This document shows, piece by piece, positions 31,592-43,145 of a stretch of DNA of 64,000 nucleotides. Source of the stretch: an uncultured candidate division Zixibacteria bacterium (GTDB taxonomy: Bacteria; Zixibacteria; MSB-5A5; UBA10806; 4484-95); assembly GCA_963668625.2 (NCBI GenBank), contig CAXXKA010000006.1, positions 768,001 through 832,000 of the forward strand. Direction: 5' to 3'. A program made the position numbers and the translations under genes. The notes beneath the pieces were generated by a model, which was given only the letters and a program-made list of their open reading frames with translations, ran no database searches and was not told where the DNA came from. Numbering within the stretch: the first letter of the stretch is position 1; each line of letters opens with the position of its first letter.

Positions 31592-31619
31592 TTGACATTA
31601 GCAGTAAAATGGGTATATT
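31592..31619 (+). promoter_or_regulatory. Sigma70-type promoter cassette repeated five times in the array (also 37478-37505, 40354-40381, 44609-44636, 46148-46175)
   Basis: TTGACA-N16-TATATT followed by a conserved leader ending AGGGGAAT.ACTGCC-ATG. Confidence 0.7.
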
Positions 31620-31664
31620 TTGTGTGTTGTAATAAATGTAAATCAGCTTAGGGGAATTACTGCC

Positions 31665-33140
31665 ATGAAAAGAATATTATTATGTTTGCTGTTTATTCTT
31701 ATTGCTGTACCATGCCAGGCAGGTTGGACCCCCGCCGAGCGAATATCGGATGAGAATACGGCTTTTCATCCACGCTTTGCAGTGAATGGGCAGTATATAC
31801 ATATTATTTATTATACTTTTACCGGGGGAAATGGCTTAGTGCACTATTTAAGAAGCACAGATAATGGATGTTATTGGGATGAACCCTATTTATTAGTAGA
31901 TACATCAGAAGCTTCAGGAACGATACTTCCGGTTATCAGGACTAACGGTGATTCGGTTTTTGCACTTTGGAGTAATTATTATCATTCTGGAAGCCGTCGG
32001 AATATAAGTTTTCGCAGATCGTTAAACAACGGCCTGACCTGGCAACCAGTACAATATTTGCTGTATCCCAGGGATCACCATTTTCAAAAGCACACTTTAA
32101 GCGTATCTGGTAGCAATGTATTTATTGCTTATAGTTACCACGATGAGGATCTGATTTACAATTTTATGAAAAGCACAAATGGGGGCCAAACATGGAGCGA
32201 ACCGGAAGAATTGTTAAGACTATACGATGCTGATTTTATGGATATGGTCTGCCGAGGAGATACGATTTTCCTTGTTTGGGCTGGTAGGTACAGCGGTGAT
32301 GATCGCTGGGAATCATACTATATGAAAAGCAATGATGCTGGAGATACCTGGTCCGATGCTATTTTACTTTCGGAGCCCGATACTATCGGTTCTCATCATC
32401 CATCTATTTCAATTAATGATACTGGCAATATAGTCGTTTGTTGGTGTGATGGCAAGTACTCTCCTAACCCCTGGAATGGTGATTTGTTTGTGAGGTACAG
32501 CTACGATATGGGCGAGACCTGGACAGATGAAGAACAGATATATTTTAACCATTGGGCGGCTTTTCCCAGAGTTATCTGGCAGGGCGATTCTATCCATGTT
32601 GTCTGGCAGGATGATGACATTTGGGGAAGCATCGATTATATGTTAAGCCCAGATAATGGCTTGACCTGGGAGGAAGAACAGAGAGTCGATAACGATCCAT
32701 CAGATTCGAATTATCCTGATATTGCAGTGACAGACAGCAACGTACATGTAGTCTGGAATGATTTTAGGGATTATTACCCTTACCGCGGAGTTTATTATAG
32801 TCGCTGGGAACCTGAGGTTTCTATACCGGAACAACTACCACAGAACTACAGTACCAATCTAACCTCATATCCAAATCCATTCAATTCGACAACAATGATA
32901 TCCTATTCAAATATAGAAGGAGGTGAGATAGAAATCTATGATATCAGAGGTCGTTTAGTCAAAACACTCGTTTTGGGGGACAGTCACGAGGGCCCGCATG
33001 GCAGTAGCCAGCAGGGCCAGGGATCAATTACTTGGGACGGCACCGATTTGTCAGGCGAAAAAGTTAGCACCGGGATATATTTTGCAAAAGCTGGGACAAG
33101 CAACAATAACAAATCATTGAAGGTTGTTTATTTGAAATGA
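31665..33140 (+). CDS. Secreted Asp-box (BNR/sialidase-fold) beta-propeller with YPNPFN/FlgD-like C-terminal domain, array copy 1
   Basis: ATG 31665 with RBS; signal peptide ending PCQA-G; repeated SxDxGxTW boxes; C-terminal YPNPFN..IYDIRGRLV..WDGTD..STGIYF. Confidence 0.88.
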   Translation: MKRILLCLLFILIAVPCQAGWTPAERISDENTAFHPRFAVNGQYIHIIYYTFTGGNGLVHYLRSTDNGCYWDEPYLLVDTSEASGTILPVIRTNGDSVFALWSNYYHSGSRRNISFRRSLNNGLTWQPVQYLLYPRDHHFQKHTLSVSGSNVFIAYSYHDEDLIYNFMKSTNGGQTWSEPEELLRLYDADFMDMVCRGDTIFLVWAGRYSGDDRWESYYMKSNDAGDTWSDAILLSEPDTIGSHHPSISINDTGNIVVCWCDGKYSPNPWNGDLFVRYSYDMGETWTDEEQIYFNHWAAFPRVIWQGDSIHVVWQDDDIWGSIDYMLSPDNGLTWEEEQRVDNDPSDSNYPDIAVTDSNVHVVWNDFRDYYPYRGVYYSRWEPEVSIPEQLPQNYSTNLTSYPNPFNSTTMISYSNIEGGEIEIYDIRGRLVKTLVLGDSHEGPHGSSQQGQGSITWDGTDLSGEKVSTGIYFAKAGTSNNNKSLKVVYLK

Positions 33141-34579
33141 GACATATTTTTATAGTCATACTCATAGTATTTTTAGTACAGATTACCAACGCCGGTTGGA
33201 CCCCCGCGGAGCGGATATCGGATGAGAATACAGTATATCATCCGAGGATAGCAGCTAATGGGCAATATATACATGTTACGTATAGTAAATCGGCAGGTTC
33301 AGATTTAGCCTACTATATACGCAGTGAAGATAATGGATTGACATGGGGTGAACCATACATGTTGATAGATACTTCATTATATTCAAATGGACTATTTCCC
33401 ATGGTAAAAACTACTGGCAATACTGTTTATACGCTATGGAGAAATAGTCATCGTGAAATTAATCGAAGATCGATTGTTTTAAGAAAATCTTTAAATAATG
33501 GTTTAAGCTGGGGGCCTATATTAAGCGTAACTCCGCCTTTTCAAGAATATTTTTCAAAACACACATTTTGTGTATATGAAGGGACACTTTATGTTGCTTA
33601 TAGTTACCGTGATGAGGATCTTATTTATGAGTTCGTTAAAAGCACAAACGGCGGCCAAACCTGGAGCGAACCTGCGGAACTATTGAGACTATACGATGCA
33701 GATCAGATGGATATGGCTTGCCGCGGAGATACTATTATTCTTGTCTGGGCTGGCAATTACAGTGTTGACGATAGCTGGGAGTCATATTATATGAAAAGTA
33801 TCGATGCTGGAGATACCTGGTCTGATGCTATCTTACTTTCAGAACCAGATACTATAAATTCTAATCACCCCTCAATTTCAATAAACGAACAGGGTAATAT
33901 TATTGTTTGCTGGTATGATGGCAAGTATTCTCCCAATCCCTGGAATGGTGATTTGTTTGTGAGATACAGCTACGATATGGGCGAGACCTGGACTGAAGAA
34001 GAACAGATATCTTTTGACCATTGGGATAGAGTCCCTCGCATTGTCTGGCAAGGAGATTCTATTCATGTAGTCTGGCAGGATGATGAGGGTTGGGGAAACA
34101 TATATTATATGCTTAGCCCGGATAACGGCTTAACCTGGGAAAACCAGCAAAGATTGGATGATGATTCTTATTACTCAAGTTATCCTGATTTAGCCTTATA
34201 TGGCAACAGTGTTCATGTAGTATGGAGTAATTACATAGATACTGGACCAGGTAGCGGGGTCTATTATTCGCGTTGGGAGCCGGAGGTTTCAGCTCCAGAG
34301 ATAATTCCACGAAACTATTATACGAATTTAACGGCATATCCGAATCCGTTTAATTCAACAACGAAAATATCTTATTCAAAATTAAAAGGAGGTGATATAG
34401 AGATATATGATATTACTGGTAGTTTGGTCAAAAAGCTCGTTTTGGGAGGCTGTCAGGAGGGTAGCATTACATGGGACGGCACCGATTTGTCAGGCGAAAA
34501 AGTTTGCACCGGTGTGTATTTTGCAAAAGCCGGGACAAACAATAATTACAAATCACTTAAGGTTGTTTATTTGAAATGA
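33137..34579 (+). CDS. Asp-box propeller, array copy 2
   Basis: Same architecture; ATGA overlap with the copy 1 stop. Confidence 0.88.
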   Translation: MRHIFIVILIVFLVQITNAGWTPAERISDENTVYHPRIAANGQYIHVTYSKSAGSDLAYYIRSEDNGLTWGEPYMLIDTSLYSNGLFPMVKTTGNTVYTLWRNSHREINRRSIVLRKSLNNGLSWGPILSVTPPFQEYFSKHTFCVYEGTLYVAYSYRDEDLIYEFVKSTNGGQTWSEPAELLRLYDADQMDMACRGDTIILVWAGNYSVDDSWESYYMKSIDAGDTWSDAILLSEPDTINSNHPSISINEQGNIIVCWYDGKYSPNPWNGDLFVRYSYDMGETWTEEEQISFDHWDRVPRIVWQGDSIHVVWQDDEGWGNIYYMLSPDNGLTWENQQRLDDDSYYSSYPDLALYGNSVHVVWSNYIDTGPGSGVYYSRWEPEVSAPEIIPRNYYTNLTAYPNPFNSTTKISYSKLKGGDIEIYDITGSLVKKLVLGGCQEGSITWDGTDLSGEKVCTGVYFAKAGTNNNYKSLKVVYLK

Positions 34580-36018
34580 GACATACTTTTATAGTCATAT
34601 TTATAATATTTATAGCACAGATTACCAACGCCGGTTGGACCCCTGCCGATCGAATCTCGGATGAGAATACTGTTTATCACCCGAGGATAGCCGCTAGTGG
34701 GCAATATTTACATGTTGTTTATAGTAAATCGGCAGGTTCAGATCTAACATATTATATACGCAGTGAAGATAGTGGATTGACTTGGGGTGAACCATACATG
34801 TTGATAGATACTTCTTTTTATTCAAACGGATTATTCCCTATGGTAAGAGTTACTGGCAATACTGTTTATACGCTATGGAGAAATAGTCATCGTGAAATTA
34901 ATCGAAGGTCTATTGTATTAAGAAAATCTTTAAATAATGGTTTAAGCTGGGGGCCTATATTAAGCGTAACTCCGCCTTTTCAAGAATATTTTTCAAAACA
35001 CACATTTTGTGTATATGAGGGGGCACTTTATGTTGCTTATAGTTACCGTGATGAGGATCTTATTTATGAGTTCGTTAAAAGCACAAACGGCGGCCAAACC
35101 TGGACTGAACCTGAGGAACTGCTAAGACTATACGATGCTGATCAGATGGATATGGCTTGTCGTGGAGATACGATCTTTCTGGTTTGGGCTGGCAGGTACA
35201 GCATTGATGATCGCTGGGAATCATACTATATGAAAAGCAACGATGCCGGAAATACCTGGTCTGACGCGATTTTACTTTCGGAGCCTGATACTATCGGTTC
35301 TCACCATCCATCTATTTCGATCAACGAAGTCGGTAATATAGTTGCTTGCTGGTGTGATGGTAAGTTCTCTCCTAATCCCTGGAATGGTGATTTGTTTGTG
35401 AGGTACAGCTACGATATGGGGGAGACCTGGACAGATGAAGAACAGATATATTTTAACCATTGGGCAGCTTTTCCTAGAGTTATCTGGCAGGGCGATTCTA
35501 TCCATGTTGTCTGGCAGGATGATGACATTTGGGGAAGCATCGATTATATGTTAAGCCCAGACAATGGTTTGACCTGGGAAAATCAACAGCGATTGGATAA
35601 TGATACTTATTTCTCGACCTATCCTGATCTAGCATTAAGCGATAGCTCTGTCCATGCAGTCTGGAGCAATTACGTAGACACCGAACCGGGCAGCGGGATA
35701 TATTATAGTCGCTGGGAACCTGAGGTTTCTATACCGGAACAACTACCACAGAACTACAGTGCTAATCTAACTTCATACCCCAATCCCTTCAATTCAACAA
35801 CGGTAATAAACTATCAAAACATCAAAGGAGGTGATATAGAAATCTATAACATCACAGGACGTTTGGTCAAAAAACTTGTTTTGGGAGGCTGTCAGGAGGG
35901 AACAGTTATTTGGGACGGCACCGATTTGTCAGGCGAAAAAGTTAGCACCGGTGTGTATTTTGCAAAAGCCGGGACAAACAATAATTACAAATCACTTAAG
36001 GTTGTTTATTTGAAATGA
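34576..36018 (+). CDS. Asp-box propeller, array copy 3
   Basis: Same architecture; ATGA overlap. Confidence 0.88.
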   Translation: MRHTFIVIFIIFIAQITNAGWTPADRISDENTVYHPRIAASGQYLHVVYSKSAGSDLTYYIRSEDSGLTWGEPYMLIDTSFYSNGLFPMVRVTGNTVYTLWRNSHREINRRSIVLRKSLNNGLSWGPILSVTPPFQEYFSKHTFCVYEGALYVAYSYRDEDLIYEFVKSTNGGQTWTEPEELLRLYDADQMDMACRGDTIFLVWAGRYSIDDRWESYYMKSNDAGNTWSDAILLSEPDTIGSHHPSISINEVGNIVACWCDGKFSPNPWNGDLFVRYSYDMGETWTDEEQIYFNHWAAFPRVIWQGDSIHVVWQDDDIWGSIDYMLSPDNGLTWENQQRLDNDTYFSTYPDLALSDSSVHAVWSNYVDTEPGSGIYYSRWEPEVSIPEQLPQNYSANLTSYPNPFNSTTVINYQNIKGGDIEIYNITGRLVKKLVLGGCQEGTVIWDGTDLSGEKVSTGVYFAKAGTNNNYKSLKVVYLK

Positions 36019-37460
36019 GATACGTTTTTGCGGTCATACTCGTTATATTTTCTATACAGGTTAGCCAAGCTGGTTGGACAACCGCCGAGAGAATATCGGA
36101 TGAGAATACGGCTTTTCATCCACGCTTTGCAGTGAATGGGCAGTATATACATATTATTTATTATACTTTTACCGGGGGAAATGGCTTAGTGCACTATTTA
36201 AGAAGCACAGATAATGGATGTTATTGGGATGAACCCTATTTATTAGTAGATACATCAGAAGCTTCAGGAACGATACTTCCGGTTATCAGGACTAACGGTG
36301 ATTCGGTTTTTGCACTTTGGAGTAATTATTATCATTCTGGAAGCCGTCGGAATATAAGTTTTCGCAGATCGTTAAACAACGGCCTGACCTGGCAACCAGT
36401 ACAATATTTGCTGTATCCCAGGGATTACCATTTTCAAAAGCACACTTTAAGCGTATCTGGTAGCAATGTATTTATTGCATATAGCGACTACGATGAGGAT
36501 CTGATTTACAATTTTATGAAAAGCACAAACGGCGGCCAGACCTGGACTGAACCTGAAGAACTACTAAGACTATATGACGCTGATTTTATGGACATGGCTT
36601 GCCGCGGAGATACTATTATTCTTGTTTGGGCTGGCAATTACAGTGTTGACGATAGCTGGGAGTCATATTATATGAAAAGTAACAATGCCGGAGATACCTG
36701 GTCTGATGCTGTTTTACTTTCAGAGCCTGATACTATTAATTCTAATCACCCCTCAATTTCAATAAATGAACAGGGCAATATTGTTGTTTGCTGGTATGAT
36801 GGAAAGTATTCCCCTCACCCCTGGAACGGAGACTTATTTGTAAGATATAGTTATGATATGGGTGAGAGTTGGACTCAGGAAGAGCAGATTTATTTTAACC
36901 ATTGGGCGGCTTTTCCCCGAGCTATCTGGCAAGGCGATTCAATTCATGTTGTCTGGCAGGATGATGACATTTGGGGAAGCATCGATTATATGTTAAGCCC
37001 TGATAATGGCTTGACCTGGGAGTACCTACAACGATTGGATAACGATACTTATTTCTCGACCTATCCTGATCTAGCGATAAATGATAGCTCTACGCATGTA
37101 GTATGGGGTAATAACATAGATACTGGACCTGGTAGCGGGATTTATTATAGCCGCTGGGAGCCAGAGGTTTCAGTTCCGGAGCTAATACCGCGTGATTACA
37201 ATACAAATTTAATGTCATATCCTAATCCATTCAATTCGACTACTAAATTACTTTTTAATGATGTGAAAGGGGGTGATATCGAGATATATAATATTACTGG
37301 GAAGTTAGTCACATGTCTCGTTTTGGGGGACTGTCAGGAGAGAGAAATTACATGGGACGGCACCGATTTGTCAGGCAAAAAAGTTAGCACTGGTGTGTAT
37401 TTTGCAAAAGCTGGTACACAACAGGGTTCGACATCAATCAAGTTAGTATTTTTAAAGTAA
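36015..37460 (+). CDS. Asp-box propeller, array copy 4
   Basis: Same architecture; ATGA overlap. Confidence 0.88.
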   Translation: MRYVFAVILVIFSIQVSQAGWTTAERISDENTAFHPRFAVNGQYIHIIYYTFTGGNGLVHYLRSTDNGCYWDEPYLLVDTSEASGTILPVIRTNGDSVFALWSNYYHSGSRRNISFRRSLNNGLTWQPVQYLLYPRDYHFQKHTLSVSGSNVFIAYSDYDEDLIYNFMKSTNGGQTWTEPEELLRLYDADFMDMACRGDTIILVWAGNYSVDDSWESYYMKSNNAGDTWSDAVLLSEPDTINSNHPSISINEQGNIVVCWYDGKYSPHPWNGDLFVRYSYDMGESWTQEEQIYFNHWAAFPRAIWQGDSIHVVWQDDDIWGSIDYMLSPDNGLTWEYLQRLDNDTYFSTYPDLAINDSSTHVVWGNNIDTGPGSGIYYSRWEPEVSVPELIPRDYNTNLMSYPNPFNSTTKLLFNDVKGGDIEIYNITGKLVTCLVLGDCQEREITWDGTDLSGKKVSTGVYFAKAGTQQGSTSIKLVFLK

Positions 37461-37578
37461 TTGAGTAACAATCTAACTTGACATTTGCGGTAAAGTGGGT
37501 ATATTTTATGTGTAGTAATAAATGTAAATCAGCTTAGGGGAATAACTGCCATGAGAAGAATATTATTATGTTTGCTGT

Positions 37579-38906
37579 CACTACTGTCCCAACGTTAGTT
37601 GAATAGTTTCAATTGGTTAGGGATTTCGGTTATAATTTCTTCCGTATCAATATCGCTAAGTGCTTGTTCTATAGGGATTTTCTCAAACAGGGTAACGCTT
37701 AAAATCTGTAGAATTTGATATAAGCTCGCTCTAAGATTTAAACGTTTCTTCACTATCGCTACCAGCACATAGATGCTGATTGCTATCCATATCTGAGTCT
37801 TGACTGCATTGTCTGATAGCCCGAAAAACTTCTTTATCCTGAGATGGCTTTTAATCCATTTGAAGAACAGTTCCACCTGCCAACGACAGCGATATAGTTC
37901 AGCAATTGTTATTGCCGGTAAATCAAAGTTATTGGTCAGAAAGATAAAGCGTTTGTTCAATATCTGATCAATATAACTTATGCGTCTGAGCTTCTCAGGA
38001 TAATCTAATCCGGCATAATAACCTTTAAGCATAACCGTCTGGTCACTTCTTATTCCGGCTTTTACATTCTTGGGATGAGAGTAAAGGCGTCTGTAGTTGA
38101 AGTTCTTCTTGGCACGAGTTACAAAAAATGCCAGAGATTTGTGAATGCCGTATAGACGAGCATAATCTATATAAGCCTTGTCCAGAATATAAATCGCGCC
38201 GGCTTCCACCATCAGATTATCCAGGATATTTACATCATGAACCTTTCCGGGAGTAACAATTACCATGCTGGGTATATTGCCGCGCAAATCCAGAAGAGTG
38301 TGCATCTTTATAGCTCCCTTCCTTCGCCTGAATTCAGCCCAGGGGAAAAGAGACAAACACAAATCGATGGTAGTCGAATCGAGAGCATAAACAGTCTGCT
38401 CCAATTCCACTCCGAAAGGCTCGTTAACATACAACCCTCTGGCCGTGCTGATAAGTGTCCTGGTAAAATCCTCATAAATGCGATAATCCCTCACCTCATT
38501 GGCATGAGCTAGAGTATTGTGTGATACTTTGCCTCTGATACCCATATGATAAAGCTTAACATGAGCCGCCCTCAGGCAAGCCTCGATATCCCGCAGACTC
38601 TCTCGGTAAGTAAGCTGAGCAAAAGCCATGCAAAGATATTGGTCCCAGCAGGAAAAGCTTTTGATCTTGTAATTGCCCCGGTAACGTCCCACACATTTGA
38701 GAAATTCGTATCTCGGGACAAAGTCCATAAGCTGCGATAAAAGAATCTTGCCTGAATGCATCAGCCATCTCCTTCCGAGTTCCCCCCTCGGAAGTATGGC
38801 TAAATCGGCTTTCCAAGTTCAAATCGAAAAATTCTATTTTTTGCTAAAATCCCTTGCCAGTTATCTGCTTACAGCAACTCAAAAACAAAACGTTGGGACA
38901 GTAATG
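37579..38906 (-). mobile_element. IS4-family insertion sequence (1328 bp)
   Basis: Terminal IRs cactactgtcccaacgtt / cattactgtcccaacgtt; 9-bp target duplication GTTTGCTGT at 37570-37578 and 38907-38915. Confidence 0.93.
37595..38761 (-). CDS. IS4-family DDE transposase (DUF4372 + DDE_Tnp_1)
   Basis: YALDSTTIDL, YILDKAY, YRCRWQVELFFKWIK (YREK-type motif). Confidence 0.93.
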   Translation of the reverse strand: MHSGKILLSQLMDFVPRYEFLKCVGRYRGNYKIKSFSCWDQYLCMAFAQLTYRESLRDIEACLRAAHVKLYHMGIRGKVSHNTLAHANEVRDYRIYEDFTRTLISTARGLYVNEPFGVELEQTVYALDSTTIDLCLSLFPWAEFRRRKGAIKMHTLLDLRGNIPSMVIVTPGKVHDVNILDNLMVEAGAIYILDKAYIDYARLYGIHKSLAFFVTRAKKNFNYRRLYSHPKNVKAGIRSDQTVMLKGYYAGLDYPEKLRRISYIDQILNKRFIFLTNNFDLPAITIAELYRCRWQVELFFKWIKSHLRIKKFFGLSDNAVKTQIWIAISIYVLVAIVKKRLNLRASLYQILQILSVTLFEKIPIEQALSDIDTEEIITEIPNQLKLFN

Positions 38907-41735
38907 GTTTGCTGTTTATTTTTATTGCCGTACCATGCCAGGCAGGTTGGACCCCCGCCGAGCGAATATCGGATGAGAATACGGTATATAATCCTCGTAT
39001 TGCCGCTAATGGGCAATCTATTCATGTTGCCTATTCAAGTTGGATAGGTGCTAATATTCCATATTACGTGAAGAGTGATGATAATGGCTTGACCTGGAGC
39101 GAACCTTACCTAATGATTGATACTTCAATTAATATGAATGGCGTATTTCCATTAATTAAAACATCCGGTGATTCGGTTTTCTCGATATGGAAACATAATA
39201 TACGAAACTCCAGCCATAAAACTATAGCATTCAGAAGGTCTCTAGATAACGGTGATCACTGGCAACCGATTGTGGATGTAATCCAACCTCGGGATTATAT
39301 TTTACAAAAACATGCTATGAGTATATCCGGCAGAAATGTTTTTATCGCTTTTAGTTACAATGATGATAATTATGATTTAGTAAATAAGTTTATTAAAAGC
39401 GCAAACGGCGGCCAAACATGGAGCGAACCTGAAGAATTGTTAAGACTATACGATGCTGATCAGATGGATATGGCTTGCCGCGGAGATACGATTTTTCTTG
39501 TTTGGGCTGGTAGATATGGTGACGATGACACTTGGGAATCGTATTATATGAAGAGCAATAATGCCGGAGATTCATGGTCCGATGCTATTTTACTTTCGGA
39601 GCCTGATACTATCGGTTCTCATCATCCATCTATTTCAATTAATGATACTGGTGAAATTGTCGTTTGTTGGTGTGATGGTAAGTTCTCTCCTAATCCCTGG
39701 AACGGAGACTTATTTGTAAGATACAGTTACGATATGGGTGAGACCTGGACAGATGAAGAACAGATTTATTTTAACCATTGGGCAGCTTTTCCCCGAGTTG
39801 TCTGGCAGGGTGATTCTATCCATGTTGTCTGGCAGGATGATGACATTTGGGGGAGTATCGATTATATGTTGAGCCCGGATAACGGTTTAACCTGGGAGGA
39901 CCAACAACGATTGGATAATGATACTTATTTCTCGACCTATCCTGATCTAGCGATAAATGATAGCTCTACGCATGTAGTATGGGGTAATAACATAGATACT
40001 GGACCTGGTAGCGGGATTTATTATAGCCGCTGGGAGCCAGAGGTTTCAGTTCCGGAGCTAATACCGCTGGACTACAATACGACTTTAGTATCATATCCCA
40101 ATCCATTTAATTCTACAACACGGATATCTTACTCAAACATAGAAGGAGGTGATATAGAAATCTATGATATCAGAGGTCGTTTAGTCAATACACTCGTTTT
40201 GGGGGACTGTCAGGAGGGATCAGTTATTTGGGACGGCACCGATGTGTCTGGTAATACAATTTGTTCTGGAATTTATTTTGCAAAAACCAGGACATCACAA
40301 GGTTATACATCTATGAAGTTAGTATTTTTAAAGTAATTGAGTAACAATCTAACTTGACATTTGCAGTAAAGTGGGTATATTTTATGTGTAGTAATATATG
40401 TAAATCAGCTTAGGGGAATAACTGCCATGAGAAGAATATTATTAAACGTACTGTTTATTCTTATTGCTGTACCATGCCAAGCCGGTTGGACACCCGCAGA
40501 GAGAATATCGGATGAGAATACTGTTTATCATCCTCGTATTGCCGCTAATGGGCAAAATGTACATGTAATATACACTGAATCGATTGGCACAAACTTGAAT
40601 TATTATATACGGAGCACGGATGGCGGATTATCATGGGATGAACCTTTATTGCTAATGGATACTTTATTGTACTTTAACGGCACATTCCCACTTGTTAGAA
40701 TTTCGGGAGAAAATATTTACACATTATGGCGAAATAGTCACCGAGAGCTTAATCGAAGGTCCATTGTTTTAAGGAAATCCTCAGATAATGGGTTAAGTTG
40801 GGGGCCAACACTAAACGTAACTCCACCGTTCCAAGAATATTTTCAAAAACATACGTTTTGTGTGGTCGGTAGTATCCTTTATGTAGTTTATAGTTATCAA
40901 GGTGATCACTTGATTTATGAATTCGTTAAAAGTACAAACGGCGGGCAAACCTGGAGCGAACCGGAAGAATTGTTAAGACTATATGATGCTGATTTTATGG
41001 ATATGGCTTGCCGAGGAGATACGATTTTCTTGGTCTGGGCAGGTAGATACAGCAGTGATGACCGCTGGGAATCTTATTACATGAAAAGTGATGATGCCGG
41101 AGATACATGGTCTGAGGCGATTTTACTTTCAGAGCCTGATACTATTGGTTCGCATCACCCATCTATTTCGATCAACGAAGTCGGTAATATAGTTGTTTGC
41201 TGGTACGATGGGAAATACTCTCCTAATCCCTGGAATGGTGATTTGTTTGTGAGGTACAGTTACGATATGGGCGAGACCTGGACGGAGGAAGAACAGATAT
41301 ACTTTAACCATTGGGCCAGAGTTCCACGCATTGTTTGGCGAGGCGATTCAATTCATGTCGTCTGGCAGGACGATGAGGATTGGGGTAGTATTTATTATAT
41401 GCTAAGCCCAGATAACGGCCTAACCTGGGAGGATGAACAGAGAGTCGATAACGATCCATCAAATTCAAATTATCCTGATATCGCAGTAACTGACACTAAC
41501 GTACAAGTAGTCTGGAATGATTTCCGAGAATATGAACCAGGGCATGGCGTTTATTATTCACGCTGGGATTCAGAGGTTTCTGTAAATGAGATTACACCAT
41601 CTAATTATGATATCGACCTAGGCTCCTACCCTAATCCATTCAATTCATCGACAAAAATATCATATTCAAATATAGAAGGAGGTGATATAGAAATCTATGA
41701 CTTAGCTTCCCCCCATTGTTTGGACAGTAATTTAG

Positions 41736-42614
41736 CTAAAATAAGGTGGAATTTCTAAGTATTAGTCCATTATTTTTCTGTTTAATCGATTCCTTTTTTG
41801 AATTTAAATTATAAACCTCATAAGGCGTCTTGCCGTTTAAGGCCTGATGGAAACGTTCGGTGTTGTAGAATTCGAAATACCTCTTCAAACCGAGGTAAGC
41901 CTCCGCCGGCGTCTGGTAATCGTGAAGATAAACCTCCTCGTACTTGACCGATCTCCACAGACGCTCGACAAAAATATTGTCAAGATACCGACCGCGACCG
42001 TCCATGCTGATAGCGATCCGCTTGTCTTGCAGTACACCGGTGAAATCCTTGTCGGTAAACTGTGTTCCCTGATCGCTGTTGAATATCTCCGGCTGTTTGC
42101 CATCCAACGATTCCTCCAATGCCTCCACGCAGAAAGAGCTCTCAAGAGTATTGGACAAACGCCAGGCAAGAACGTAACGCGAGAACCAATCAATCACTGC
42201 CGCCAGATAGAGAAAGCCCCGGCTAAGACGAATATACGTGATATCGGCGCTCCAGACCTGGTCAACATGATCAATCAGGACATCGCGTAAAAGATACGGA
42301 TATATCTTGTTAGACGGACAAGGCTTGCTCGTATTTGGTTTAGGGTAAACAGCTTGAAGACCCATAATCCTCATCAGACGTTCAACCCGCTTGTGATTTA
42401 TATCATATCCCTGAGACTTTAGACAGAGTGTCATCTTAGGACTGCCGTAAAACGGGGTCCTGGTATATTGATCGTCAAGCAGACGCATAAGTGTCAGGTT
42501 CAAATCGCTTTCCCCAGTAGGCCGGTAGTAGTAGCTTGAACGGGGAAGCCCCAAAAGCTGGCACTGACGGCTAATTGAAATGTCCGGGTTTGATCGTTCC
42601 ACCAGATTCCTCAA
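41736..42614 (-). CDS. IS3 transposase OrfB (integrase core)
   Basis: VWSADITYI, FNSDQGTQF, DNIFVERLWRSVKYE (DDE). Confidence 0.92.
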   Translation of the reverse strand: MRNLVERSNPDISISRQCQLLGLPRSSYYYRPTGESDLNLTLMRLLDDQYTRTPFYGSPKMTLCLKSQGYDINHKRVERLMRIMGLQAVYPKPNTSKPCPSNKIYPYLLRDVLIDHVDQVWSADITYIRLSRGFLYLAAVIDWFSRYVLAWRLSNTLESSFCVEALEESLDGKQPEIFNSDQGTQFTDKDFTGVLQDKRIAISMDGRGRYLDNIFVERLWRSVKYEEVYLHDYQTPAEAYLGLKRYFEFYNTERFHQALNGKTPYEVYNLNSKKESIKQKNNGLILRNSTLF

Positions 42615-42618
42615 ATCC

Positions 42619-42906
42619 TCAGGCGAGACGCCCGCTCCTTTTTTTTAGAAATGCCAACTCCACCTGAAGCTTACCAATCTCCTGATAGAGAGCATCCATC
42701 CTGGCTTGCTCATCCTCCCGCAACTTGGCCTTGCCGTTAGAAAAGGCTTCCGGGAGAGACTGTAAAGCCTGCTTCTTCCACATACCAACCTGATTAGGGT
42801 GTACTTCGTATTCCGAGGCTATCTGATTAACGGTCTTCTGACCGCGAATGGCCTCTATGGCTACTTTTGCTTTAAGCTCCCCGCTGTATCGACTTCGCTT
42901 CATCAA
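42619..42906 (-). CDS. IS3 transposase OrfA (HTH)
   Basis: KAKVAIEAIRGQKTVNQIASEYEVHPNQVGMWKKQ..LYQEIGKLQVE. Confidence 0.9.
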   Translation of the reverse strand: MMKRSRYSGELKAKVAIEAIRGQKTVNQIASEYEVHPNQVGMWKKQALQSLPEAFSNGKAKLREDEQARMDALYQEIGKLQVELAFLKKRSGRLA

Positions 42907-43145
42907 TTACCCTTTCTGGACATTTCTACTAATTTAATACCACCTTAAACAATTGTCCAGTTTTTGGGGGAAACCTCAGACATAGCCGGTCGTTTGGTCA
43001 AAAAACTCGTTTTGGGAGGCTGTCAGGAGGGTAGCATTACTTGGGACGGCACCGATTTGTCAGGCGAAAAAGTTAGCACCGGGATATATTTTGCAAAAGC
43101 TGGGACAAACAATAATAACAAATCATTGAAGGTTGTTTATTTGAA

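Larger units (their letters stand above)
37551..40336 (+). pseudogene. Asp-box propeller, array copy 5, interrupted in its signal peptide by IS4
   Basis: ATGAGAAGAATATTATTATGTTTGCTGT | IS4 | GTTTGCTGTTTATTTTTATTGCC; the remainder (38909-40336) is intact. Confidence 0.88.
41702..42978 (-). mobile_element. IS3-family insertion sequence (1277 bp)
   Basis: Imperfect IRs ttagcttccccccattgtttggaca / tgaggtttcccccaaaaactggaca; 3-bp duplication GAC (41699-41701, 42979-42981); orfA/orfB with an A8G slippery site at 42638-42646. Confidence 0.9.

Noticed and set aside
31620-31664. Upstream TTG starts giving MCVVINVNQLRGITA extensions (also at 44637 and 46176)
   Set aside because: They abut the -10 box; the RBS and signal peptide fit the downstream ATG.
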